A DNA stretch of 64,000 nucleotides from Daphnia carinata (taxonomy: Eukaryota): the NCBI RefSeq assembly GCF_022539665.2, contig NC_081331.1, forward strand, positions 10,168,001 to 10,232,000. Reading direction: 5' to 3'. Positions 1 to 12,400 of this stretch are shown here, piece by piece (positions within the stretch are counted from its first letter, which is position 1; each line of letters opens with the position of its first letter). The position numbers were made by a program, and so were the translations under genes. Below the pieces are notes generated by a model, which did no database searches, had not been told where the DNA came from, and was given only the letters and a program-made list of their open reading frames with translations.

Positions 1-2420
1 AAGGTGAGAATCGAACCAACGCAAACAACCGTCATAAAAAAAACGAAGGTGCAAATCGGGCTTACAGGAACCCATTTGGGAAAAAGAATAAAACATAAGA
101 TGGTGGACTGGAGGTTACCAGTTTCAAATTGGATAGGCGGCGAGTTGATGGGTAAAAGAGCAACTTGCCATGACCGCCAAACCTTACCCTCCCCTCGCTA
201 GTAACCTACCCCACTTTCTGTCGTTTGCCATAAATCACGAAACTGGTCTTTTTAACAGAGAAAGTTTTTTTTTCCTTTGTTCCTTTCTTAAATAACTAAA
301 ATAAGAAAGTTTTTTTTTGGTTCTCAACTGGGGTAGATCATTCTACAAATGTAATTAGTGCCAAATGGCGGGGATTCAAGCCAAAAAACGAAAATCCCCA
401 CTATATTAGATGATGCAATGTTTTCAACATATTGTTGAAATCGATTGTCAAAGCTATTATTTAACTACTCAGCTAACCACAAAATATGAAGAAAACCGAG
501 AAAAAAAATTTATAGTGAGATAGTCCTTGCTTATATTGTATTAAAAAATAAATAAATAATAATCGTGTCAGGGACAACACGCATATTTGTACCGTCTCCA
601 GGAAATCCAGTAAAATGATAAAAGAATTGTTGGACAATAAAACAAAAATTCTTCAGCGACAGGCCGATGTCCATGAGGTATCAATTTTAATTTAAACTTG
701 AAACTAAAGATATCTAACATGGTGTATGTAGTAAACACTAACGTTTTTCATTGTAGGGACGAGTGTATACTCAACAAGGGTCATAAAGAAAACTACCTAA
801 TTTTTCATTTCCCATCACATTTTACAGCTTTTCCATCATCACGAGCATTGGTGCAATATTTCCTAGTACGAGCGAGATAAAAATCGAAACCTCGCGAAGT
901 TGTTGCGGTATTCTCTTTGTTAAAAAGTCGAATTCTTTTGGAATATTCTAAAGTCCGTCTGAAAGCAATCTCGTCGACCAAGATATGGATCTTTGGGTAT
1001 ATGGGAATGCTCAAAAATGCGTACATAAACGAGATAGCAATCTCTCCGGTAGTCACGTCAAGAAAAAGGCCATCGACATTTCGACATCGTTTTTTTTTTT
1101 TTTTGACACATGAAAACGCTACAGTACATCGTACTAACATTTTCGCTGTACATCATTTCCCACAAAATCGTTAAACCATACCCCACTGCAATTTTTAAAT
1201 CGTAAATTTGCGCTATGGTTTGGGTCAAGTGAGTATGAAACTCAAAAACAAATATACTAGACATTCTCTTATCAATAAAACCTTAAACCAATAACAGAAT
1301 ATCAGTCGCAATGGCAAAGAATGATAAAGAACCAGCAGAATAAAAACTTTATACTGGGGTTGAGATTGACAAGCATACACTGAGAAATATGATACCTAGA
1401 CAAATAGTTTACAGTACGTCTGAATGCTTGCAATCTATCCAATCAAAATTTAGGTCAGACGCTTATCAAAAGAAACTGTTTGAATCCGCAACAAACCCTG
1501 CCACCATGAACTGCTGATGTTGACATCTTCTTACCCGATATTACTATCCTAACCTCCATTAGACATCTTCTTTGGTTACAATTTAAGCAGGCTAAAGTTT
1601 CAGCAATATCTCAATTATATTTTCTGTAATAACAAAACTCTTCAAGCTCTTAGCGTAAACATGGTTTTCAATGTTCATACCTGATGACCTGTGATAGGTG
1701 AGACCTTAAGGTAACAAACCGGCCTTGCTGGCCCCGAATCTAGTAATCGAATTGTAAGGATTTTTCTTACGAAAACATCTAAAGAAACTTATAGGATTAC
1801 TTCACAGGATTCAATGCTATTAAAACTAAAGTGTTTTCTGGTAAATTACTAACTGAAGCGGAATGAAACTACAGAGCAAGAAGAAAATCAAAGTTTTATA
1901 GGTTTAGAAGTGATTTAGGGATGAATTACCTGAATTTCTTCAACAGAGTTCACTTGGCACAAGCAAAATATATTTAATACTTTGTTTAGGCGGCGGCCAT
2001 TTTCGTATGTCAAAGTACATGGTTGCCAACAGCGCACGGAAAAGCACGAAAGAAATATTAAGAAGTTACGTTCGCAGTAGTTGCCAATAATGTTTTTTTT
2101 TAACTCAGCATGTATTAGAAAAACTGTGTCTTTATTTCTCACATTTCTGTTTATCGTATTCCTTTGGCAATTATTCTGTCGGGCTAAACACTCTTGCGTG
2201 AAAATAGCTTCGCGTGAAACGTGTTATTTAAGGCCGACATCGTCTCTACCTAAACAAACTTGTAACCGCAGAAGAAATAAATGCAAGTGCAATAAAGGCT
2301 TTGAAAACAAAAAAAAAACAAAGAAAAAAAAAAACCGGCGCGTGATCAATCGGAAAGACCTCGTGTTGAAAATAAATATACAAACGTCTGAACATACCCC
2401 TGTGGCAAGACTATTAACAG

Positions 2421-2433
2421 TCTACAATGTTGG
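2421..2433 (+). promoter_or_regulatory. Candidate Dsx/DMRT binding site downstream of dsx1
   Basis: TCTACAATGTTGG matches the Drosophila dsxA site ACTACAATGTTGC at 11 of 13 positions. Confidence 0.35.
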
Positions 2434-5400
2434 ACGCTTTACGAATTATCAAGGTAAGTGGAGTAGAAGTCCAGAAGGTGTTGACGGAACAGTTTCATCC
2501 GTCGTAAAATCCACGATATAGGGTTGCGTTGAATAGTTTAGCCTTTTTTTCTTTTCAAGTTGTCGTTGTATGGGGCGGTTAGCCTATAACAATCGCCAAG
2601 TATGGTTCCCCTCCATTTCAAAGTAGGCTGGACGCGGTGGGAAACCCGGCTTAGGATAAACAAGCGGCAATTTCTCGGTCCGGAATGGGCCCATTGATCC
2701 TCCCATTGAGCGATGCCTATGCAAACCTAGAGGTAGGTTCAACAGCTTAAGTTAATGCTTTTGCTCGCTCACTTTACCATAGTCCCACACACATAGTGAA
2801 TTATAGAAAACCTTACAAAGACTTCCCAATAGAAACTTCGGGTTTACCTATTCACTTTTCTTAATTGCCTAAGACGAGCTTGTAGCTTTTCCATGTATGA
2901 AAATGTGGAACAAAATTATTCAACTTTTATTATGTGTACGGAAAATTGCGGTCCATGAGCGTTAGCAACTGTGACGTAGCTTCAAGCTTGTCTTAGAGCC
3001 AGCTATCCTCCGGGATTGCACATTATGAAACGGAACTCAACCCATGTAGGCGGAGGTCGTATATCTGTCCGAAATGGGTAATTGAGCTTTCACAAGCGTT
3101 CTGTTGCTAAGGGAAACTGTAAGATGACGGAATTGCTAGCCAACAGTAACAAAAAAATTCGGCTATAGTTACAAAGAAGCCTAATAAATAATATTTGGGC
3201 CTATAAAGTAGATGTGTATACAACCAATCAGAAACATTTCGCTTTTAGACAAAAATTTATTAATTTCATTTCCCAACATTCAAATTTCAATAGGCCGTCG
3301 TAATGACTAGGCTCCAAGGAGGTGAACAGCCATTTGTTATTACGTGCTGCACGACGGTATTTACGATTGCATTTATTCAACTATGAACCTCTTAGTGATT
3401 AGTTACTGGCCCGATTTCTGAACAGATAGATAGGTCTACTTGATTGTTAGTCATCCCTGTACAATATCGTAAATATAAAATGTACAGCCAAGTTATTTTG
3501 TGCACAAGCACATTTTTTTTCTCTCTCCCTCCCTTATTTTTTGTAAACTGTTTTTAGAAGAAGCAAATGTTTGAAACTAAATACGTACTGGAAGTTTGCC
3601 GAATTCAAAGCGAAGCAGCATGCACATACACACAAGGACAAGCTAATTTATGGCATGAAATCATAGGTTGGGTGTTGTGGCTCGAAGGCAAAAAAAAAAC
3701 GAACACGCTACACGAAGAAGGGTTCTTCTCAGTTCACTTTGAACGGGTTTTGCACGAAACGAAACACGCCTCCTAATTTGGAGACCAGTACGAGATTGAG
3801 GCTTTCTAACGTCGGGCGCATAAGGAAAGAAAAAAAAAGATGGTTCCTCTAGTCCAGTGTCGAGTTGCAAGACTTTGAAGCCGATTGGTTAGATATGCAT
3901 TTTTATTTTCATGTCAAGTAAAAAAAAACCACAGCGGCTGGAAAAAAAAAAATGTGGAAAATTTCTTGACTCGTTTTTTTTCGTGTTATCACGATTTTTT
4001 ACAAGTTTGTTCAACTTTGTTGGCCGATAAAGTATCGGGTCTTTTTCACTCTTTGTTTCAGGTAAACGGAATAGTCTCATCATCAGTTATCATTCAAAGT
4101 CACCTAGACACAAAATGTTCATTAGAAGGCGATCAATCCGCTTCATAAATAACGTAATCCTGATGGATCGAGTGTAAAGAAACCGCACATTGTCTTCTTC
4201 CTTTCACAAAGAATTTTTCGTTACGTCAGACGCAGCCGTAGTTTTTTTTAAGGTGCGGTAAAAGTGATGGTGACAGCCAATGTTTAATTTCAATTGCCTA
4301 CATAAATTCAAGCTAACTTCTGTTTTTACACCAAGTTATTTAACAAGTCCTATTATACGGAAGCGTGGTTTAAAGCATGACGTCACAGGCTGCCTGTATT
4401 GGGTGTGAATGTTCCGATTATGAACAGCTATACATGCCTCCCTCTTACCGCGTGGAATCCCCCGCTATCATTCCATTTCTACGTATCCTGTATATCTAAC
4501 CCATCACACCACAAGAAGAAATGGGCGACAGGCAAAAAAGCTTTTGTGCTTGCTTGCTTGCTTGCTTTGTCCCCCCCCCCCCCCCCCAAGACCTTAAGGG
4601 CATAAAGTAGCTTATAGAAGGATGGTAAAGCAAAGTACTTCTTACAAGTTGCAGGTCATAGGAATAACCGTTTGAAACAATAAGTTTCGGGTAGTACAAA
4701 TTATAATGTGAACTCTACGAACAACCCCGTTGTTCAACCCCCCTCACATAACGTGGCCTAAGCACGCCTTTTATTTTTTTTCCGTTTTGACAAAACCCAA
4801 CGTTTTTATACTGGTGAGATGAAACATACACAATTGTAATTTGGGTGTTTAGAAAACATGGTTAGGCCTAAACTACATAGCACTAGAGCGATAAATCACT
4901 AACCTGACGTTCTGTGTGATCCAATAATACGTCCGACGTTCAATGCAGTCAAAATTCGTCTGCACTTTTTTTCCGAGACAAAAAAACTTGCAATTGCGGG
5001 ATGGGAGATGACCTTGACAACATTTTTAGGCAAATTAGTCTGCGAGAAAGAACTAGAATGTTTTAAAACGAGCCTATTTTGTGGTAGAAAAACGACGACC
5101 TTATACCTCCATTTTTATTCATGGGCAATGAGGGGGTGGGCAAGGAAACATAAAAGGAATGACTTTGTTCGCGCCGTTTGGGTTAGACACAGTATATTTT
5201 AAGCATGTTCAGAAATACATTTCAGTTGAACTTTTCCTGCCATCAGCCAAAAACATTGTGTAATAATAATTAAAAAAAAAAACGGAGATTTGAAACTCCA
5301 AAATTGATCCATTAAATGGATTAGAAGCTAACATTGATAGTACACATTATTAAAATCTATAGGCCTATCGAAAAATGACGCGTAAAATTGAAAATTAGAA

Positions 5401-7650
5401 ACAAAACAAAAATGCTAAGCCATTGCTCTTCGAGTTATAATGAATCATCTCTTAACAAGACGGTTAGACCATCAGAGACAAGTCGTACTCACAGCACATC
5501 TGTCTTCCAATTAAAAGATGTTTTAGGGGGTGACATAACGATCACCACGTGAAACAAAATCAATTAGCTAACGATTATTTATGAACGTTAGACCCCTTCG
5601 AATAGTCCCTTTGTACGTAGATACTGAAGGTAACAACCCTTGGAAAGGGATAAACTATACCCCCCACCCTCACATCCCTTGCTCATCTTGACGCATTTCT
5701 TTTTACGACCACTGGTTCAGCTTTTTTTCTTTTAGAAAGATAAAAAAAAATTCAATTGTTGTTCGATTTAATGGAGTGCGAAATTTTAACGTTATGCATT
5801 GTTGAGCTTCTTTTCATCGAAAGGTTCAAGATTTTTAACTGCAACGCCTCAACAATTTTATATCGTATACTGGCATGATATAAATATTTTTTTTGTAACA
5901 ATAAAAAAAACATAGCCTGTCAAGAGACGCCTAGTCGTACAACTTCGAAAGTAATTCTCTTTTTTCCGTTTGTTTACTATATTTCAATTTTGAAGCAAAT
6001 AGCTGCTGATTATGTGTAATGTCACCTATAGGCCTGAATGTTTTTAATGCTAGTTACCTCCAGCTGCTTGATGTCTACATTTTATCTGCTGCCTCCAATA
6101 AAGGATGTTGTTCAAAAATGGTCATAGCCTAGTACAATCTTTTTTAAAAAAGGGACATTGTTCAAGGGCAATGAAACGATAAGACGGTGAGCGACAAAGT
6201 TGCAACTAAATGACGACGACACTTTTAGTACCGACAATCTATTCTCATATTGAAACAGTAATGCAACGATATAAAATTGTTACCGTCGCTTTTCGGAAAC
6301 TTAATGTACTGCCTTTTTGTGCTTAGCACCAACACAGGCCTACAAGATTTTTGTCTCGTTATAATGCGTACATTTACGAATTTCAGCGGTCTTTTTTTTT
6401 TGTTTTTGCGGCGGATGAAAGTTTTTATTTTTGGGTCCAACTACATCGTGATTCAAGATTTCAGTATGGGAGATAGGGATTATAACATACTTTTATGCAA
6501 AGGAGAGAAAATATTAGCGGTCGAAATGGTTATAAAAAAAATTGAATAGCTAGTTTTTTTCTGTAGCGAATTGTTAGATTGCAAACAAAAAAATGGGAGG
6601 GTCTAAAAAAACTGTTGGAAAAAGCACAACAAAATCTTATTTTTCCCTATTTTTTGTTAACTAAAATTATGTCCCTTAGTGAAAAAAAAAAACTAATCTG
6701 ATGCTAGATTGATATCAACTTGTTAGGTACCGGACTATTATTTCTATTATAGAAATTGGGAACGACAAGTGCTGTAACTACGAAACGATTCGTAGGCCTA
6801 CTAAACAAAAATAATTCCAGAAAGACAGAGGTCTATTATCAGGTCTCTTTTTATCAGTTGTTCGATCCAGAAATATTTTTCCTAGCTCAAATCCTTACAT
6901 TTCTCGATCAAAGGCCTCGATAATACAGTACGTTTTCCTTCGCGGGTATCAAGCAATTGTATAACTTGGCAAAATACATTCCCTTCCAATTTAGTTTATC
7001 CTAACTTTCCTCTATCAATTCCAATTAATGGCGGGTTGTGTGCCGGTTCCATAACAAACAAACAACTGGCTCTTCTCTTTGCGCTTCGCTTTAGCTAAAA
7101 TTCTAAACGTTCGTCTTGTGCCATCCAGCACGGGCAGTGCAACCGTTTTCAAGTCATAGAATTCACCTCGCACAAGACCACAACTCCATCACAGATTTTT
7201 GCAGTTCAAAGATTCACATCGATCGGTCAATTTCAATGGGATTTAAAAATAAATCACAATATCAGTCAAATTCCAAAAAAATATACCCATCAAGTTTTTC
7301 TTCCTTCGGGTGACAAGCTCAGGTGGTAATCATCGCACACTTAACAATCACTTGGAGGATGTTTTCATCAGGCTGTGTGAAAAATAGACATGTAAATCGT
7401 TCGGTTACTATAAAGATCAATCAAAGCAAAAAGGGGGATTTTCGTTGGCAGATTGGAATTTTTCACTAATTTCAACAATAAAAGAGTGCGAAGAAAGGAT
7501 GCCATAAAGAAGCAGAAACGATATAAATTCAAAAAAAGAAATGAAACAACATCAAATGTAAGGGAAAAAAACAAACAAATAATCTAAAATAATATCCCTT
7601 GCTAGCAAGAAGAAATCAATGAATAATAATAATAATTTAAAAAAAAACAA

Positions 7651-8643
7651 TCAATTGGGATATAAAGTTTGGTGTAGGGAAGGATGGGGGCCGTTAATGA
7701 CGGTCGCTCGAAACTGAGTCTGAAAAGATGAGGGGATTTGGTAATTATGAATGGATACTGGAGGCGCTGGATTTCCTTTTTGAAGTTGATCTTGACCATA
7801 CACCAGATTTGGATTGGGTACAAAATTTACATTTCCGGAATGAATCTTGATTTGAATTTCATGATGAATTTCGTTGAGTTGACAAGAGACCCTATCAATC
7901 TCCGCTTTGACGTCTTGAATTATCCGGAAGAGGAAACCCAACATTTCGAAGCCTAACCGTTTCTCGCAAACAGAGTGCCTCAGTAAGGAGACATTCTGGC
8001 CCATGAGAATGCTGCCAAGTGATAATTGTTGCCCAAAGACTACGGGACTCGATTGGTGGCATCCCGCGGCCGGTGTAGGCCGCGCTGGTGCATCGATTTT
8101 CACTTTTGGCGCCCTTTCCTCTCTGCCCGGCATCGAGTGTTGATGCTCGGAGCGAGACGGCCTCGCTTTCCCACAATCGGGCGAAGGCGATTGTTGGATA
8201 GAAGAGGGTGTAGTGATTGTTGACGCTGAGGAGCTTGAAATCCTTTCGAGTTGCTGAATAATTCCTTTTTTGCGCAGTTCTTCGTCTTGGGCTTGAGCTC
8301 GTCTCAGCGCCACTTGCTCCGCATTGATCTTTCTCTTTTTATTGGTGCCGTAGCACAACTCGCACATACATTGTCGCCAGGGACAGTATCTCTTGTGGCC
8401 TTTGAGTGTGCTTATCGTTTGGTGATTCTTGCAGAGGGCACAGGTTGGATGCCGCTGTGACGCACCATTGCTGTCATTCATCGCGTCCACTCCTTCGTTA
8501 CGGATACGAAAACTTGAAACGCTGCTGGATCCTTCTTCATCGCCATCCATGATAATCATGTTAGAAACGTGGTGATGGCGCTCTTTAGCTGAAATCGGCG
8601 ACGGTGCCCCAACGGACAATTCTTCTGCGTCGCTATCTGACAT
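7651..8643 (-). CDS. dsx1: Doublesex (DM-domain transcription factor), Daphnia Dsx1-like, single coding exon, 330 aa
   Basis: DM domain RHPTCALCKNHQTISTLKGHKRYCPWRQCMCELC...QVALRRAQAQDE and a C-terminal dsx dimerisation (OD2)-like segment LGFEMLGFLFRIIQDVKAEIDRVSCQLNEIHHEIQ. An uninterrupted CDS with acceptor AGs just upstream of the ATG (8651-8650 or 8665-8664) fits Daphnia dsx structure. The Dsx1 versus Dsx2 call rests on recalled length. Confidence 0.92.
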   Translation of the reverse strand: MSDSDAEELSVGAPSPISAKERHHHVSNMIIMDGDEEGSSSVSSFRIRNEGVDAMNDSNGASQRHPTCALCKNHQTISTLKGHKRYCPWRQCMCELCYGTNKKRKINAEQVALRRAQAQDEELRKKGIIQQLERISSSSASTITTPSSIQQSPSPDCGKARPSRSEHQHSMPGREERAPKVKIDAPARPTPAAGCHQSSPVVFGQQLSLGSILMGQNVSLLRHSVCEKRLGFEMLGFLFRIIQDVKAEIDRVSCQLNEIHHEIQIKIHSGNVNFVPNPNLVYGQDQLQKGNPAPPVSIHNYQIPSSFQTQFRATVINGPHPSLHQTLYPN

Positions 8644-9120
8644 TGATGTCTAATGAAAAGCACCTAATGTTTCAAGAGATAAAAAACAAAATTTGGGTTT
8701 AGATTTTCTTTTTTGCTTCATGCCGAAAACAAGTTGAAAAAAAAAACGGGTTTGCTTAATGACGGGCATAAAAAAAAATAAAAATGGGCCGATGTCTTAG
8801 ATAAGCCGAGATTAGGCAATCGATGGTAACTGATCGTGATGTAAGCACCACTTTGGTTGCGTAGGCATGGACTCTTCAACGCACGTCATCGAAATTCTTT
8901 AACAAACTAGTTTTTCTTTTCGTTTTTCACAACAAGAATATTTGAAACACACATAATTCTTTTTTTAAAAATCATACATTTAAAACGTATTAAAATTACC
9001 TATATATTGAATAAAAAAAAAGAACGTCAACACACACACACACGACGAAAACGAGAGGAAACTGTGCGACAAAAACACGAAGAGCCAAAAAATTCGAGAT
9101 TCGAGAACGAGCCAACTTAC

Positions 9121-9360
9121 TCGGTAAGGCACCAAAAGGGAACTAAGCAGTGGTTCTACGATATTTTTTCGGTACGAAGCTTTTCCTTCGCGCGGGGATC
9201 ATGCACTGTTGGTGGTATGGCAATGGCAAGGACACCAAACACAGCAGTCGGATCGTTTTACCCCTTCGACTTGCGAGCCCGGAAAACAAGCTGCTTTTAT
9301 TTTGGCTTTGACAGAAGTATACCCATACCGATTTGCGCCCCCCCCCCCGCCTCGTTCATC
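9121..9360 (-). other. Candidate non-coding 5'UTR exon of dsx1 (alpha-type leader region)
   Basis: Consensus donor CCGA|GTAAGT at 9121/9120 on the minus strand, about 460 nt upstream of the coding-exon acceptor. The 5' boundary is uncertain (TTCAG|ATG at ~9360 or a TSS nearby). Confidence 0.5.
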
Positions 9361-9372
9361 TGAACCGGAAGG

Positions 9373-9423
9373 GTAGTAGTAAGTTGTAGTAGTAGTAGTA
9401 GCAGCATACACACACACACACAC
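9373..9423. repeat. Compound microsatellite (TAG)n plus (CA)n next to the dsx1 leader
   Basis: tagtagtaagttgtagtagtagtagtagcagcatacacacacacacacaca. Confidence 0.85.
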
Positions 9424-12400
9424 AAATTCTGCGCACACGAAACGAAAATAGTCTTTTCCACAACTCGATATGCATATATATATAAATATGTGTGTATAAT
9501 TACACCCCACAAGTTCACCAAGTCTGCCAGCTTAAATGTGATTGATCGCAACAGAGGCCAATAATGTTAATCGCAAAGTATGTCAAGCCAAACTTTCGAA
9601 TATACGATACAATTTTTTTTTTTTTTGGAAACAACACAAATTACGTTGGACAAGATTTTAGAATCTACGCAGCCAACTGGGCGAAACATTTTTCGAGGGT
9701 TAAACAAACATTTTGATCAAATTACACAGAGATTACCATTTCTACAACTGATACACTTGTTTAGTCTACATGTCTCTTCAAGGCACACGTCTATAAATAT
9801 TCAAGCACGTCCCTGATCTACCTCTCCGAAATGAAAATTGTGACTCTCACAAGAGGTACGCCTTTCCAAAGAGTTTAATAAATCCTAAAGGCCTATAACT
9901 TTTGCTAGGTGTCGGCCAAGATTTTCTTTTTTTAAATCACCATAATTTTTACCGAAACAGTCGTAAGGTTTCCCCAATCTGCTTTTTTTTCTTTTTCTTT
10001 TTCGCTCGTGTTAATAACCCATGAGGTCCGTACCATCGTTGTTGTGTCGATGAATCCCCCCCCTATTTTTTTCGCTCTCCCTTTAATCACCAAATTGCTT
10101 TACAAAAGGGACTAAACGAAAAATCGATTCATTTCACGTGCGTAACTAAATCACCAAGTTTGACGTGAACGCGTTGCCTCTGTCGTAGTTAATGAAAAAA
10201 ATCCGTCAACTGCTTTGCCGAGCGGAAGATGGAACGATTAAGGTCGGGTTAAGAAAGATCACGACGATTCCCGCAGCGAAACAAAATGCTTTTTAAAAGA
10301 AAAGAGAAGAACAAACTGCCCACCCCCGACTGCGTTGCATACATCAGCCATTTTCGGCCGAACAATAATAAAAAATGAAATAAAATAAGAAGAACAATGT
10401 CAGTTCGGGAGAAGGGGGGGGGGGAGAAAAGAGAAAATAGGGATATCAAAGTCGTACGGAAACTAGACTAACTACACTGTGGAAGAACACTACTACCTAG
10501 AAAGATGATGAATTCTACTGAATGCACAAGACAATAAAACAAAAAAAAAAATGAAAATGCGGGTTTTTTACTGTTGTATACACTTGGCGAAAAACAAAAG
10601 AGAAGCGGAATAGTGCAGGGATGGTAACAAAGTACGGCCAAAAAAGAAGGGCGGCAGCCATTCGGATTGGGTACACAAAGCAATGAGCTGCGGCCCTCAA
10701 CGCTGTTGCTAGGGTCCTATAAAACCCTGAAGGCCAACACGGTTGGCAGCCATCCAAAAAAGCTCGAGGGGAAGATTTTCGCCAAAAAGACAAACAAAAC
10801 GGGAAAATAAAATAGAAAAAAAAAAAAAGGAATTTGCGACTGACTCTAGCCTAGCGGACACGTCGGATAATGTCTATAGAATGCGCGATCTACGGAGAAA
10901 AAAAAAAAAAGAAGAAAGAAACAAAACAGAAAAAAACCTTCCCATCAATCTGACCGCGTCTTATTGCCTTGAAGGGACAAGGTTAGCATCACAACAATAG
11001 CTCGGCAGTGGCTTTATATATAGTCGCGTGGCGGTCGATATGGATGGGAAAGTCTTCTTCTACCCAAATAGAAGAAGACGCTGAATCTGTTTCTTCAACA
11101 TCGGTGTGAGATTTATGACAAGAGATTGTGGCATTAGAAAAAAAAAAGGGGGGGGGGGGGACCCGACAATGCCGAAAGATCGAAATAGATCGAAAGTACC
11201 TCTCTAGAGACGGTGTGTGTAGGTAGGACCAAAATAGTCAATGTGTGCCATTTACTTTTTTTTTAGCCTGTTCCAATTTTTGATACTGTCGCCTCAATGT
11301 CCCGTTCCAGCGAAAAACACACATTGCATATCGCAAAAAAAAAAAAAAAATTGTTTGAGTCTGTTGTCAGCAGTAAGAAATGAAAATGTTTTGAAGGATA
11401 TCTAAAAGGTTAAGGGCAATAACGGATTCGGTTTTTTGGGTAGGTGCCCAGAAAACAATCACGCAACGGTGTGAAACAATGACGGAATCACTCAAAATGC
11501 AGCTTACTTTTTCCCCAGTGTGCGTTTTTTTTCGTGTGTGTCTTGCGCATATGCAAAATAGAAGTTGAAGCCATCAATAAAATCAGTACAGTATGTGTGT
11601 TCGCACACGCGAAAAGACACAAGGTTGCCAGTTATGGCCTTATATAGTTTTTCTTTTTTCTTGCGGTCTCAAGTTACCCAGCTGTCAATACACTAGCCCG
11701 CGTAGACCACACACACACACACACACACTCTTCGTTAGAAAGTAGATAGTTGTCCACAAGTCAAACAAAGTCGGATGCAATTGATTATTTCATCTCCCGC
11801 AACCACACGCTGCTAGCAAAACAAAGAAAAAAAGAACGATTGATACACCATTTATCACCGTCTCGAACAGAAAAAAACAAAAAAAAAAAAGATACTCGAA
11901 CGGAATTTCAAGTGAAGGCACACACACACACGAGTCACGCTTCGAATCCCTCGAGCTATTCGACCGCATTCCCCTAAAAATATATATATATATTTGCATG
12001 GCTCGAGGCTATAGAAAAATAAACGCACTATATTCCAATGATAATAATAATAATATCCGGTAAACTTTCTTAACCATTACACATTTTATTATTATTTAAC
12101 CCTTCAAAGTGAAAAAAAAAACCAACAAAAACAAAAATAAATAAAGATGCTAGTAGAGCGGTTCGTGCGTAATACCGTAGTATAAAAAATCAAAAGAGCT
12201 AACATGAAAAGAAAGAAAAAGGAATCAAATTTCGCCATTGGTTCATCCGGCGACCAATAGGCGAAATGGCACATCGGTTTGTGTTGTTGTTCGGGAGGGC
12301 TCCCCTATACGCTGTTTCACGTGACACGTGGAGAGACTAGTAGTCACGCAAATACATAACAAGGATCGCTGCTGTTTTGGCTTCTACTACTACTACCCCC

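Noticed and set aside
1..7600. Short ORFs downstream of dsx1
   Set aside because: Low-complexity Lys/Phe-rich translations of poly(A/T) tracts with no domain. More likely dsx1 3'UTR and intergenic DNA; poly(A) sites cannot be assigned.
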